Made by a program: the position numbers and the translations under genes. From Arenimonas sp. SCN 70-307 (GTDB lineage Bacteria; Pseudomonadota; Gammaproteobacteria; Xanthomonadales; Xanthomonadaceae), in contig NZ_MEDO01000011.1 in NCBI RefSeq assembly GCF_001724815.1, forward strand, positions 2,059-66,058: a DNA stretch of 64,000 bases, read 5' to 3'. The notes under the pieces are model-generated. The model made no database searches and was not told the origin of the DNA. It saw nothing but the letters and a program-made list of their open reading frames with translations. Positions 38,354 to 47,891 of this stretch are shown here, piece after piece (position 1 is the stretch's first letter; each line of letters starts with the position of its first letter).

Positions 38354-39261
38354 CAAAACTCCGGGAGGGGGGAAGCCTCGTCGCCGGCCAGCCAGGCATG
38401 CGCATCGGGCAGCGGCGCATCGCCGAGGCGGCCGAGCGAGAGGAAATCGAACAGTTTGGTGTCGGCCAGCTGCGAGGGGCGCACGTCGGCCAGGGCTCGG
38501 GCGATGGTGTCGACGCGGCCGGGGAACTCGCGGTCCCAGGCGGCCAGCATGCGGCCGACCTGCTTGCGCTGCAGGTTTTCCTGCGAGCCGCAGAGCGTGC
38601 AGGGGATGATCGGGAACTGTTTCCAGTCGGCGTAGGCGACGAGGTCCGCCTCGCGGCAGGTGGCCAGCGGGCGGATCACCACGTGCTCGCCGTCGTCGCT
38701 GCGCAGCTTGGGCGGCATGGACGCCAGCTTGGCGTGGAAGAACAGGTTCATGAAGAACGTGGCCACCAGGTCGTCGCGGTGGTGGCCCAGCGCGATCTTG
38801 GTGAAGCCCTGTTCCCTGGCGTGCGTGTAGAGCGCGCCGCGGCGCATGCGCGAGCACAGCGAGCACAGGGTCTTGCCCTCGGGCACCACGCGCTTGACCA
38901 CCGAATAGGTGTCCTGCTCGAGGATGGTGAAGGGCACGCCGATCGAGCGCAGGTATTCGGGCAGCACGTGTTCGGGGAAGCCGGGCTGCTTCTGGTCGAG
39001 GTTCACCGCCACCAGCTCGAAGCGCACCGGCGCCTTCTTCTGCAGCTGCAGCAGGATGTCGAGCATCGTGTAGCTGTCCTTGCCGCCGGACAGGCAGACC
39101 ATCACCTTGTCGCCGTCCTCGATCATTCCGTAGTCGGCGATGGCCTGGCCCACCTGGCGGCGCAGGCGCTTGGCCAGCTTGGCGCGCTCGTGCGCCTGCT
39201 TGCGCGGGTCGGCGGGCGCGGCGGGTCGGATCGGCAGCGGGTCGTTGAGGACGAGGGTCAT
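38353..39261 (-). CDS. ttcA: tRNA 2-thiocytidine biosynthesis protein TtcA
   Basis: PP-loop VCLSGGKDS and CxxC motifs ([17 protein letters not shown]). The start could be 24 nt further upstream. Confidence 0.88.
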   Translation of the reverse strand: MTLVLNDPLPIRPAAPADPRKQAHERAKLAKRLRRQVGQAIADYGMIEDGDKVMVCLSGGKDSYTMLDILLQLQKKAPVRFELVAVNLDQKQPGFPEHVLPEYLRSIGVPFTILEQDTYSVVKRVVPEGKTLCSLCSRMRRGALYTHAREQGFTKIALGHHRDDLVATFFMNLFFHAKLASMPPKLRSDDGEHVVIRPLATCREADLVAYADWKQFPIIPCTLCGSQENLQRKQVGRMLAAWDREFPGRVDTIARALADVRPSQLADTKLFDFLSLGRLGDAPLPDAHAWLAGDEASPLPEF

Positions 39262-39330
39262 GGGCGTTGCCGGAAGCAGATGCGGCATTTTACGCCTTGG
39301 GAGTAAGCTGGTGGGGAACCGGGAGCACGC

Positions 39331-39537
39331 ATGGCCACCGAAGACCCTTCCCGCATCGCCGCGCAGCTGGTCGAGCTGCGGGTCGAGCACCGCGACCTGG
39401 ACCAGGCCATCAGCCGCCTGTCTCAGGACCGCGAGGCCGACGAGCTCACGCTCAAGCGCCTGAAGAAGCGCAAGCTGCGCATCAAGGACATGATCACCGC
39501 GCTCGAGAGCCGGCTCATCCCCGACCTCGACGCCTGA
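39331..39537 (+). CDS. DUF465 (YdcH-like) small protein
   Basis: [15 protein letters not shown] coiled-coil motif; 68 aa. Confidence 0.7.
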   Translation: MATEDPSRIAAQLVELRVEHRDLDQAISRLSQDREADELTLKRLKKRKLRIKDMITALESRLIPDLDA

Positions 39538-39546
39538 ACCGCCGGC

Positions 39547-42096
39547 TCAGGCCGGCCGTTCGCCCGCGCCGGCCTTGGCCACCTTGCTCACCGCCTCGGG
39601 CGAGAGCTTGGCGATGGTGTGGCGCAGGTCGCGGCCCAGCACCACCTTGGCGTCCTTCTCCCAGGCCATCAGCGGCTCGTCGAAGTCGAGCTTGCCGTTT
39701 TCGGCGATCCAGACCAGCTTCATCTCGCGCAGCTTCTGGATGAAGCCGCGGAAGAGCGTCTTGTCGAAGAACTCCGGCGCCGCCGGCGCATAGAGCAGGC
39801 TCAGGCGCTGGGCGGTGAGCTGGCAGAGCGTCTCGAGCTCGCCCGAGCTGAGCGTGCGCGGGCCGTTCTTGACCAGGGTGGTGATGGCGATGAAGTAGCG
39901 CTCGAAGGCCTGCTGCAGGCTGTGCGAGATGGCGCGCAGGCGGAAGACCTCGTCGGTCTGGCCCGGGCCGCGCGAGATGTAGCCGCCGTCGTCCTCGCTG
40001 GCCACCGAGAGCAGGCCCTCGGCCACGAACAGGTCGATGGTGGCGCCGAGGCGCTCGGCGAAGCCGTCGGCGTCCCAGGGCAGGAACAGCTCCTCCTGCA
40101 CGAACGGGTAGATCGTGCGGCCCAGGCGCAGCAGGCCGGCGCGGCTCATGCGGCGGTTGTTCTGGAAGCACAGCGCCACCCAGGCCGCGGCCGCGAACAG
40201 GTGCAGCACGTTGTTGCGGAAGTAGCTCTGCAGCACCGCCGTCTCGCCCTCGACGCTGAGCACGGCGCCGAGCGGATGGTCGGTGCGGGTGAGCACGCCG
40301 ATCTTCTCGCCGTAGGCGACGATCTCGGCCGGCTCGAGCTCGGTGACGGTGACGCGGTCGGAGTAGGGCAGCGCCGCCAGCAGCTTCTTGTACAGCGCCA
40401 GCTGGGCCAGCAGGTCGGCCTCCGACATCGCGTGCTTGGGCGTGGCCAGCAGGGCCAGGGCCAGCAGGTTCACCGGGTTCACGTCGGCGGCGCGGTTGAT
40501 GTTGACCTGGATGCGGTTGGCGATGTCCTCGACCGCGTCGTTGAGCCAGGCCGGCTTTTCATCCGGTTCGGCGGCGTTGCGCTCGCGCCAGTCCGGCGCG
40601 TGGTGCTCGAGCACCTTGTCCAGGAAGATCGGCTCGCCGAAGTTCACCGCCACCTTGCCGTAGTGCTGGCGCAGGATGCCGGCCGCGGCCTTGAGCAGGG
40701 CCCAGATGGTTTCCTTTTCCTTGGGCTGGCCGGTGAGCTCGTCGAGGTAGCTCTTGCCCTCGATCAGCTTCTCGTAGCCGATGTACACCGGCTGGAACAC
40801 CACTGGCCGGCGCGGCGCGCGCAGGAAGGCCTTGAGCGTCATCACGATCATGCCGCCCTTGGGCGGCAGCAGGCGGCCGGTGCGCGAGCGGCCGCCCTCG
40901 ATGAAGTACTCGAGCGAGAAGCCCTCGCCCACCAGCTGGGCCACGTATTCGCCCAGCACCGCGGCGTAGAGCGCGTTGCCCTTGATCGAGCGGCGGATGA
41001 AGAAGGCGCCGCCGCGGCGCAGGATCGGGCCGATGACCGGCATGTTGAGGTTCACGCCCGCCACGATGTGCGGCGGCACGATGCCGCGGCTGTAGAGCAG
41101 GTAGCTCAGCAGCAGGTAGTCCATGTGGCTGCGGTGGCAGGGCACGTAGATCACCTCGTGCCCGGGCGCGACCTGCTTGAGCGTGTCGATGTGGTGGACG
41201 TTGAGGCCGTCGTAGATGCGGTTCCAGAAGCCGGTGAGCGCGAACGAGGCCGAGCGCACCACCGGGTTGGAATAGTCGGCGGCGATCTCCCAGGCGAAGC
41301 CGTGCGCCTTCTTCCAGGCGTCGAGGTACTCGGTGCCGTCGCGGCGGGCCTGGTCGGTGATGGCCTTGCGCACCGGCTCGGCGTCGAGCACGCGGTCGAC
41401 CAGCAGGCGGCGCGTGGACAGGTCGGGGCCGATGACGGCGGTGCGGATGCGCCGGAAGTGCGCGCGCAGCACCCGGCTGACCTTGCGCACCTGGCGCTCG
41501 TGCGGGATGTCCTCGCCGAGGATCTCCCACACGCGCACGCTGGGCGAGAACTGCACCACCGTGTCGCGGCCGTTGAGCAGGATGGCCAGCAGGCGGCGGA
41601 AGCGGCCCACCAGCGCCCAGTTCTCCGAGAAAAGCACCGAGAACCAGCCGGACTGCCGGGCCGGCGCGCGGCCGACGAAGATCGACACCGGCACCAGCTG
41701 CACGTCCTGGTCCGGATACAGGCGGTGCGCCATCAGCAGGCGCGAGAGCGCGTCGGAGTGGCTGCGGTTGCGCGGCCGGCCGAACAGCCCGGCGCGGCGG
41801 CGGCTGAGCGCCACGTAGGCGCGCTTGCGGCCCAGCGGGTCGCCCGGCAGCGCCGCCAGCGGCGAGGGCAGGCCGGCTTCGCGGCAGGCACGGTCGAGGA
41901 TGAGCGTGTTCGACAGCCCGTAGTTCTCGATCACGTAGCAGACCGGCCGGTCGAGCGCGAACGGCGGCACCACCGGCTCGCGCTTGATCTGGATCCAGGG
42001 CCTGAGCAGCGCCTCCATCATCCGCGCCCACAGCGGCGGGCGCGTGGTGGCGGGACGGAAGGCGGGCGCCGGCGGCGGCGTGGGCGTGGCGTCCAT
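39547..42096 (-). CDS. plsB: glycerol-3-phosphate 1-O-acyltransferase
   Basis: PCHRSHMDYLLLSY H(X4)D motif; 849 aa from MDATPTPP. The track ORF extension to 42819 is spurious. Confidence 0.9.
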   Translation of the reverse strand: MDATPTPPPAPAFRPATTRPPLWARMMEALLRPWIQIKREPVVPPFALDRPVCYVIENYGLSNTLILDRACREAGLPSPLAALPGDPLGRKRAYVALSRRRAGLFGRPRNRSHSDALSRLLMAHRLYPDQDVQLVPVSIFVGRAPARQSGWFSVLFSENWALVGRFRRLLAILLNGRDTVVQFSPSVRVWEILGEDIPHERQVRKVSRVLRAHFRRIRTAVIGPDLSTRRLLVDRVLDAEPVRKAITDQARRDGTEYLDAWKKAHGFAWEIAADYSNPVVRSASFALTGFWNRIYDGLNVHHIDTLKQVAPGHEVIYVPCHRSHMDYLLLSYLLYSRGIVPPHIVAGVNLNMPVIGPILRRGGAFFIRRSIKGNALYAAVLGEYVAQLVGEGFSLEYFIEGGRSRTGRLLPPKGGMIVMTLKAFLRAPRRPVVFQPVYIGYEKLIEGKSYLDELTGQPKEKETIWALLKAAAGILRQHYGKVAVNFGEPIFLDKVLEHHAPDWRERNAAEPDEKPAWLNDAVEDIANRIQVNINRAADVNPVNLLALALLATPKHAMSEADLLAQLALYKKLLAALPYSDRVTVTELEPAEIVAYGEKIGVLTRTDHPLGAVLSVEGETAVLQSYFRNNVLHLFAAAAWVALCFQNNRRMSRAGLLRLGRTIYPFVQEELFLPWDADGFAERLGATIDLFVAEGLLSVASEDDGGYISRGPGQTDEVFRLRAISHSLQQAFERYFIAITTLVKNGPRTLSSGELETLCQLTAQRLSLLYAPAAPEFFDKTLFRGFIQKLREMKLVWIAENGKLDFDEPLMAWEKDAKVVLGRDLRHTIAKLSPEAVSKVAKAGAGERPA

Positions 42097-42107
42097 CGGC
42101 GGGCGGC

Positions 42108-43037
42108 TCAGTTGGCGGCGGCGTCCGCGGCCGGGGCGGCCGGCGTCACGGCGGTGGCGTTGGCGGCCTCGGCCAGCTCGGCTTCGGCCTGGGCGATGGC
42201 GTCGGCGTCGTACCAGCCCTCGCCGACCCGCTGCAGGCGGGCTTCGAAGGCCACGTCGCGGCCCAGCAGCGGGTAGGTGACCCGCACCGTGGCCTGGTCG
42301 CCTTGGGTGGAAAGCAGCTCGGCGCGCACGCCGTCGAGCGAAGCGTCGAGGTCCAGGCCATAGGCCTTGGACGCCTGCTTGAGGCCGGCCAGGGCGATGC
42401 CGCCCTTCTCCAGCGCCTCGGTATAGCCCAGGGCGCGGGCCTGCTCGAGGGTGGGCAGGTCGAGTTCGTGGGCGGTGGCGCTGAGCGCGGCGATGGCCTG
42501 GCGGGCGCGGGCGCGGTCGGTGATCAGGGCCGGCTGGGCCCAGTCGAGCAGGGCGTTGGCGACGGCGCGGCCGTGGGACTTCTGGGCGGCGGCCAGTTCG
42601 GTGTTGGCCTCGATGGCGGCGCTCAGGAAGATCGAGGCGGTGGCCTGCATCAGCGGCCACTGGCCGGCGACCTCGGCTTCGAACTGGGCCAGCTTGGGCT
42701 CGAGGTCGCGCATCAGGGCGGCTTCGGCGTCCGGCGCGGTGAGGCGGGCCATGAGTTCGGCGTATTCGCGGGCGTCCTCGGGGTCGGCGGGCTCGGCGGC
42801 GGCGACGCGCTGCTCCCACAGGGCCTCGCTGCGGGCCTGCAGCTCGGGCGGGAGGCTCAGCTTCGACCAGCGCACCAGGTCGTTGTCGCGCAGGGCCTGG
42901 GCCTGGGCCTGCACCGCGGCGACCGGGTCGCCGGGCACGGTGGACAGGTCGGCGTCCGGCTCGCGGCGACAGCCGGCCAGGACGAGCGCGGTCAGCAGCA
43001 GGGCGGCCAGGGCCCGGAAGGCGGGTTTGCGGATCAT
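42108..43037 (-). CDS. lipoprotein (hypothetical)
   Basis: Lipobox LVLAGC; Ala/Glu-rich helical protein. Confidence 0.55.
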   Translation of the reverse strand: MIRKPAFRALAALLLTALVLAGCRREPDADLSTVPGDPVAAVQAQAQALRDNDLVRWSKLSLPPELQARSEALWEQRVAAAEPADPEDAREYAELMARLTAPDAEAALMRDLEPKLAQFEAEVAGQWPLMQATASIFLSAAIEANTELAAAQKSHGRAVANALLDWAQPALITDRARARQAIAALSATAHELDLPTLEQARALGYTEALEKGGIALAGLKQASKAYGLDLDASLDGVRAELLSTQGDQATVRVTYPLLGRDVAFEARLQRVGEGWYDADAIAQAEAELAEAANATAVTPAAPAADAAAN

Positions 43038-43115
43038 GCGGTGTCGGGACCGGGGATGCGGGCGATGAATCTAGCAGATCGGAGCTTTACGGCCCGTTTG
43101 CCGGGCCGGCCGGGC

Positions 43116-43817
43116 TCAGCCGGCCAGGGCCCGGGCGATCTGGGCCTGGATCTGCTCGGCCGCCGCCACCGGGTCGGCGGCCTGGCGGATGGGGCGGCCC
43201 ACCACGATGTAGTCGGCGCCGTTGGCAAAGGCCTGGGGCACGTCCACGGTGCGCTTCTGGTCGTCGCCGGCGGGGCCGGCCGGGCGGATGCCGGGGCAGA
43301 CCACCAGGAAGCCGGGGCCGGTGGCCTGGCGGATCAGGCCGGCTTCCTGGCCGGAGGCAATGACGCCGTCGCAGCCGGCCGCGCGGGCGGCCAGGGCGCG
43401 TTCAACCACCACCTCCGAAGGCTCACGATCGATGCCCAATTGGCGAAGATCGCTGCGGTCCATCGAAGTGAGCACCGTCACCGCCAGGATTCGAATGTCG
43501 CCCTTCTCCTGCGAAGCAGCCTCCATCATGCCGTGATGTTGGCCGTGGATGGTGCAAAACGAGACCGGGTAGCGGCGCAGGCCGCGGATGGTGGCGGCCA
43601 CGGTGGCCGGCACGTCGTGGAACTTCAGGTCCACGAACACCTGCTTGCCGCGGGCGGCCAGGTCCTCGAGCACGCGGAAGTAGTCGCCGCTGGTGAGCAG
43701 CTCCATGCCGATCTTGTAGAACTGCACCGACTCGCCCAGGCGCCCGACCCAGGTGCGGGCTTCGGCGGCGGTGGGCACGTCGAGGGCGAAGATCAGGCGG
43801 TCGCGGGGCGCGCTCAT
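43116..43817 (-). CDS. pyrF: orotidine 5'-phosphate decarboxylase
   Basis: [23 protein letters not shown] motifs. Confidence 0.92.
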   Translation of the reverse strand: MSAPRDRLIFALDVPTAAEARTWVGRLGESVQFYKIGMELLTSGDYFRVLEDLAARGKQVFVDLKFHDVPATVAATIRGLRRYPVSFCTIHGQHHGMMEAASQEKGDIRILAVTVLTSMDRSDLRQLGIDREPSEVVVERALAARAAGCDGVIASGQEAGLIRQATGPGFLVVCPGIRPAGPAGDDQKRTVDVPQAFANGADYIVVGRPIRQAADPVAAAEQIQAQIARALAG

Positions 43818-43821
43818 GGGC

Positions 43822-44721
43822 TTACTCGGCGTAGTCGAGGGCGTCGTACTTCATGCGCCGGCGCTCGGCCTCGGGCAGGCTCCAGGCGTTGTTGAACAGG
43901 GCTGGCTCCCAGCTGCCGTAGGTCGGGTTGGGCAGCACCCACCAGCGCTCGCCGAACCAGCCCAGGTAGGGCTCGAGCGCGGCCATGCGGCCGGCGGGGT
44001 TGTTGGCCTCGATGGTGACCATGTCGCCGATCTGGTCGCCGAACTGCATCAGCACGCGGTGGGTGCGGCCGACCAGCTGGCGGCGGCAGCCCTTCTCGGT
44101 GCCGATCTGCTCGCAGCCCTCGACGAAGTGGCCCAGGCCCAGGAACCGGGTGTTGTCGTCCACCGGGAAGCCGGCCGCGCGCAGGTTGGCCAGGGTGGGC
44201 TCGTCCAGGTGCACGGCGCGGTTGGAGACGTAGAAGAGGGTGACGCCGCGGGCGGCGGCGGCACGGGCGAACTCGAGCGCGCCGGGGATGGGCTTGGCCT
44301 TCTCCTCGCGCACCCAGGCGTCCCAGGTCGTTTCTTCGTAGAAGCCACCGTCGCGCAGCAGGCGGGCCTGGTAGGGCGAGTTGTCGAGCACGGTTTCGTC
44401 GATGTCGAAAATCACCGCCGGCGGCAGGCCGTCGGGCGGATTGGCGCGCTCGGAGGGAACCAGCGCGTCCCAGTCCGGGGTCTTGATGGCGCGGTCGAGC
44501 TGGGCCAGTGCGGCGCGGTAGGTCTGGCCGGTGGCGAGGCGGTATTCCTCGGCGGCCTGCATCCAGGCCAGGGCATTGAGATTGTCGTGCGCGGCCGGGC
44601 TTTCGACGGCCGGGGCCGCGGCGGGCTGCGGCGCGGCCTCGGGCGCCACCCGCGGCGCAGGCGCGCTCTGGCAGCCGGCCAGGGCCAGCACCAGGGCGGA
44701 AACAAGAAGGGAACGTCGCAT
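43822..44721 (-). CDS. class B acid phosphatase / 5'-nucleotidase, lipoprotein e(P4) family (HAD)
   Basis: Lipobox LALAGC and HAD motif [10 protein letters not shown]. The 1338-aa track ORF is a read-through artefact of overlapping frames. Confidence 0.8.
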   Translation of the reverse strand: MRRSLLVSALVLALAGCQSAPAPRVAPEAAPQPAAAPAVESPAAHDNLNALAWMQAAEEYRLATGQTYRAALAQLDRAIKTPDWDALVPSERANPPDGLPPAVIFDIDETVLDNSPYQARLLRDGGFYEETTWDAWVREEKAKPIPGALEFARAAAARGVTLFYVSNRAVHLDEPTLANLRAAGFPVDDNTRFLGLGHFVEGCEQIGTEKGCRRQLVGRTHRVLMQFGDQIGDMVTIEANNPAGRMAALEPYLGWFGERWWVLPNPTYGSWEPALFNNAWSLPEAERRRMKYDALDYAE

Positions 44722-44760
44722 CTGCCAACCTCCAACAAGCCGGCCGCGCAGTTTAGGCCA

Positions 44761-44847
44761 AGAAACGGGGTCAGGTTCACTTATCGCGCCCGACAGTCGG
44801 TCGAGCCGCGTATCCCGCCCGCGATAAGTGAACCTGACCCCGTTTCT
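44761..44847. repeat. large inverted repeat (28-bp arms, 31-nt spacer), REP/MITE-like
   Basis: AGAAACGGGGTCAGGTTCACTTATCGCG ... CGCGATAAGTGAACCTGACCCCGTTTCT. The right arm touches the rep stop codon. Confidence 0.8.
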
Positions 44848-46826
44848 CAGTCGCCGAAGAGGGCGGCGATGGCGTCCATGTGGGCGCGGCCGCGCTGCTT
44901 CTTCTCGGCGGACTCGCGCTCGGGGTCGGCGCCGTCGCGCAGCAGGTCGGCGGCGGGCAGTTCGTCCAGGAAGCGGCTCGGCAGCAGGTGTTCGACCGCG
45001 CCCCAGCGTTTCACCTCGGCGCTGTGGCTCAGGTAGAGCCGCTCCTTGGCGCGGGTGATGCCCACGTACATCAGCCGGCGCTCCTCTTCGAGCCCGCCTT
45101 CTTCCAGCGCGGCCTCGTGCGGCAGGTTGCCGTCCTCGCAGCCGACCACGAACACCGTGCGGAACTCCAGGCCCTTGGCCGCGTGCAGGCTCATCAGCCG
45201 CACCGCGTTGCCGGGCTCGCCGCGGTCGGCGTTCGACAGCAGCGCCAGCTGCGCGGCCAGTTCGCCCGGGCCGCCGCCGCGCGCGCCCTCGAACCACGAG
45301 GCCAGCTCTTCGAGGTTGGCCTTGCGGCGCAGGAAGCCGGCCTCGTCCTTGCACTGGCTGCGGATCATGCCCAGCAGGCCGCTGCGCTCGGCCAGCACCG
45401 GCACCAGCTCGGCCGGCGTCAGCCGGCGGGCGTCGTCGCGCAGCGAATCGACGATGCGCGAAAACTCGTCCAGGCCCGCCGCCGCGCGCGGCGTGAGCTG
45501 CTTGAGGAAGCCGACCTGCCCGGCCGCCCGCGACATCGGCATGCCCGCCGTCTGCGCCATCTGCGCCAGTTTCTCGAGCGTGGTGGCGCCGACTTCGCGC
45601 TTGGGCGCGGCGATCGCGCGCAGGAAGGCGGTGTCGTCGTCGGGGTTGGCCAGTACGCGCAGCCAGCTCAGCAGGTCCTTGACCTCGGCGCGGTCGAGGA
45701 AGGCCGTGCCGCCGGTCAGGTGGTAGGGGATGCGCAGCAGCTGCAGCGCCTTCTCCAGCGGCCGCGACTGGTGGTTGCCGCGGAAGAGGATGGCGAACTC
45801 GCCCCAGGGGATTTCCTTGGCCTGGTGCAGGTAGTGGATCTCGGCCGCGACGCGCTCGGCCTCGTGCTCGTTGTTGCGGCTTTGCCACACGCGCACCGGC
45901 TCGCCGTCGCCGTGCTGGCTCCAGAGCTGCTTGAGGTGCTTGTGCGGGTTCTTCTCGATCAGGGTGTTGGCGCAGCGCAGGATGCGGCCGCTGCAGCGGT
46001 AGTTCTGCTCGAGCTTGATCACCTTCAGCGCCGGATAGTCCTGCGCCAGCAGCTCGAGGTTCTCGGGCTGGGCGCCGCGCCAGGCGTAGATGCTCTGGTC
46101 GTCGTCGCCCACGCAGGTCATCTGGCCCTTGGGGCCGGCGAGCTGCTTGAGCAGGCGGTACTGGGCGCCGTTGGTGTCCTGGCACTCGTCCACCAGCAGG
46201 TAGCGCAGGCGTTCGCGCCAGCCGGCGGCGAGCTCGGGGTCGGCCTCGAGCAGCTGCAGCGGCAGGCGGATCAGGTCGTCGAAATCGACGGCGTTGAAGG
46301 CCTGCAGGCGGGCCTGGTAGCGCGCGTACAGGCTGGCGGCCTCGCTTTCGCGGGCGCTGCGGGCGGCGGCGCCGGCCTGCTCGGGCGTCAGGCCGTTGTT
46401 CTTGGCGGCGCTGACCAGGTTCTGCAGCGCGTACAGGGCGTCGTTCTTCAGGCCCGGCGTGGCCAGGTCCTTGATGATGGCCATCTGGTCGTCGGCGTCG
46501 AAGATCGAAAAGCCCCGGCGCAGCCCGGCCCGGTCGTGCTCGATCTGCAGGAAGCGCAGGCCCAGCGAGTGGAAGGTGGTGACCGTCAGGCCCTCGGCGG
46601 CGTCGCCCTTGATGCGTCGGGCCACGCGTTCGCGCATCTCCTTCGCCGCCTTGTTGGTGAAGGTGATGGCGGCGATGTGCCGGGCCTCGCGGCGGCCGGT
46701 GGCCACCAGGTGGGCGATTTTCTCGGTGATCACCCGGGTCTTGCCGCTGCCCGCGCCGGCGAGCACGAGCAGGGGGCCGTCGAGGTATTCGACGGCGGCT
46801 TTCTGTTGGGGGTTCAAACCGTGCAT
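44847..46826 (-). CDS. rep: ATP-dependent DNA helicase Rep (UvrD family)
   Basis: MHGLNPQQKAAVEYLDGPLLVLAGAGSGKTRV. The track start at 46844 is a TTG; the ATG at 46826 aligns with the canonical Rep N-terminus. Confidence 0.88.
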   Translation of the reverse strand: MHGLNPQQKAAVEYLDGPLLVLAGAGSGKTRVITEKIAHLVATGRREARHIAAITFTNKAAKEMRERVARRIKGDAAEGLTVTTFHSLGLRFLQIEHDRAGLRRGFSIFDADDQMAIIKDLATPGLKNDALYALQNLVSAAKNNGLTPEQAGAAARSARESEAASLYARYQARLQAFNAVDFDDLIRLPLQLLEADPELAAGWRERLRYLLVDECQDTNGAQYRLLKQLAGPKGQMTCVGDDDQSIYAWRGAQPENLELLAQDYPALKVIKLEQNYRCSGRILRCANTLIEKNPHKHLKQLWSQHGDGEPVRVWQSRNNEHEAERVAAEIHYLHQAKEIPWGEFAILFRGNHQSRPLEKALQLLRIPYHLTGGTAFLDRAEVKDLLSWLRVLANPDDDTAFLRAIAAPKREVGATTLEKLAQMAQTAGMPMSRAAGQVGFLKQLTPRAAAGLDEFSRIVDSLRDDARRLTPAELVPVLAERSGLLGMIRSQCKDEAGFLRRKANLEELASWFEGARGGGPGELAAQLALLSNADRGEPGNAVRLMSLHAAKGLEFRTVFVVGCEDGNLPHEAALEEGGLEEERRLMYVGITRAKERLYLSHSAEVKRWGAVEHLLPSRFLDELPAADLLRDGADPERESAEKKQRGRAHMDAIAALFGD

Positions 46827-46835
46827 AGGGGCGGG

Positions 46836-46845
46836 ATTGTACAAT
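46836..46845. promoter_or_regulatory. palindromic ATTGTACAAT giving a TACAAT -10-like hexamer on both strands between rep and arfB
   Basis: The hexamer ends 7 nt before the arfB ATG and 9 nt before the rep ATG. No convincing -35 element was seen. Confidence 0.3.
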
Positions 46846-46852
46846 CGCGCCC

Positions 46853-47278
46853 ATGCTGGAGATCACGCCCACCCTGTCCATTCCCGACGGCGAGCTCGTC
46901 GAGCGCTTCGTGCGCTCGGGCGGGCCGGGCGGGCAGAACGTGAACAAGGTCTCCACCGCGGTCGAGCTGCGTTTCGACATCGCCAACTCGCCTTCGCTGC
47001 CGGCCGAGGTGAAGGCGCGGCTGCTGGCGCGGCGCGACCGCCGCATCACCGCCGAGGGCGTGCTGGTGCTCAGCGCGCAGCGCTTCCGCACCCAGGACCG
47101 CAACCGCGAGGATGCGCGCGCGCGCCTGGCGGCGCTGGTCGCCGCGGCCACCGTGGCGCCGAAGAAGCGCGTGGCCACCCGGCCCACCCGTGGCTCCACC
47201 GAGCGCCGCCTGGGCGCCAAGCGCGAGCGCGCCTCGGTCAAGCGCCAGCGCAGCGCGGCGGCCTGGGACCGCGAATGA
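46853..47278 (+). CDS. arfB: alternative ribosome-rescue factor ArfB (YaeJ, peptidyl-tRNA hydrolase)
   Basis: GPGGQNVNKVSTAVELRF GGQ motif; basic C-terminal tail. Confidence 0.88.
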   Translation: MLEITPTLSIPDGELVERFVRSGGPGGQNVNKVSTAVELRFDIANSPSLPAEVKARLLARRDRRITAEGVLVLSAQRFRTQDRNREDARARLAALVAAATVAPKKRVATRPTRGSTERRLGAKRERASVKRQRSAAAWDRE

Positions 47279-47865
47279 CGCCGGTCGTCCCCGAGCTGCC
47301 GGCGTCGGCGCCGCGCGTGGGTTCGCGCGCCGGCCGCTGGCTGGGCCGCACCCTGCTGCGCCTGGGCGGCTGGCGCGTGGTGGGCCGGTTCCCGGACCTG
47401 CGCAAGATGGTGATCATCGTCGCGCCGCATTCCTCGGGCTGGGACGCGTACTGGGGCCTGGCCGCGAAGCTGGCCATGGGCCTGGACATCGCCTTCATGG
47501 CCAAGGCCGAGCTCTTCCGCGGCCCGCTGGGCTGGTTGCTGCGCTGGTTCGGCGGCATCGCGGTCGACCGCAGCTCGCCCGCCGGCGTGGTCGAGCAGTC
47601 GGCGGCGCGGGTGCGCGAGAGCGACAACATCTGGTTCCTGCTCGCGCCCGAAGGCACGCGCAGGCGCGTCGAGCGCTGGAAGCCGGGCTTCTGGAAGATC
47701 GCGCGCCTCGCGGACGTGCCGGTGTTCTGCGCGGCCTTCCATTACCCGGAAAAAAAGATCGTGCTCGACCAGCTGGTGCAGACCACCGACGACTACGAGG
47801 CCGACATGGCGCGCATCCGCGCGCTCTACCGCCCGCACGTCGGCAAGAACCGCGACACGCTCTGA
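47275..47865 (+). CDS. lysophospholipid (1-acyl-sn-glycerol-3-phosphate) acyltransferase family protein
   Basis: ATGA overlap with arfB; APHSSGWD H(X4)D motif and APEGTR motif. Confidence 0.78.
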   Translation: MTPVVPELPASAPRVGSRAGRWLGRTLLRLGGWRVVGRFPDLRKMVIIVAPHSSGWDAYWGLAAKLAMGLDIAFMAKAELFRGPLGWLLRWFGGIAVDRSSPAGVVEQSAARVRESDNIWFLLAPEGTRRRVERWKPGFWKIARLADVPVFCAAFHYPEKKIVLDQLVQTTDDYEADMARIRALYRPHVGKNRDTL

Positions 47866-47891
47866 TTGTGGGAGGGCGATAGACTGTAGCG

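Noticed and set aside
43822-47838. 1338-aa minus-strand ORF spanning the phosphatase gene, the palindrome, rep, arfB and the acyltransferase gene.
   Set aside because: Only its last 299 codons (from [17 protein letters not shown]) look like a real protein (HAD acid phosphatase). Upstream it is out of frame with rep and antisense to arfB, and it translates to Arg/Pro-rich nonsense.
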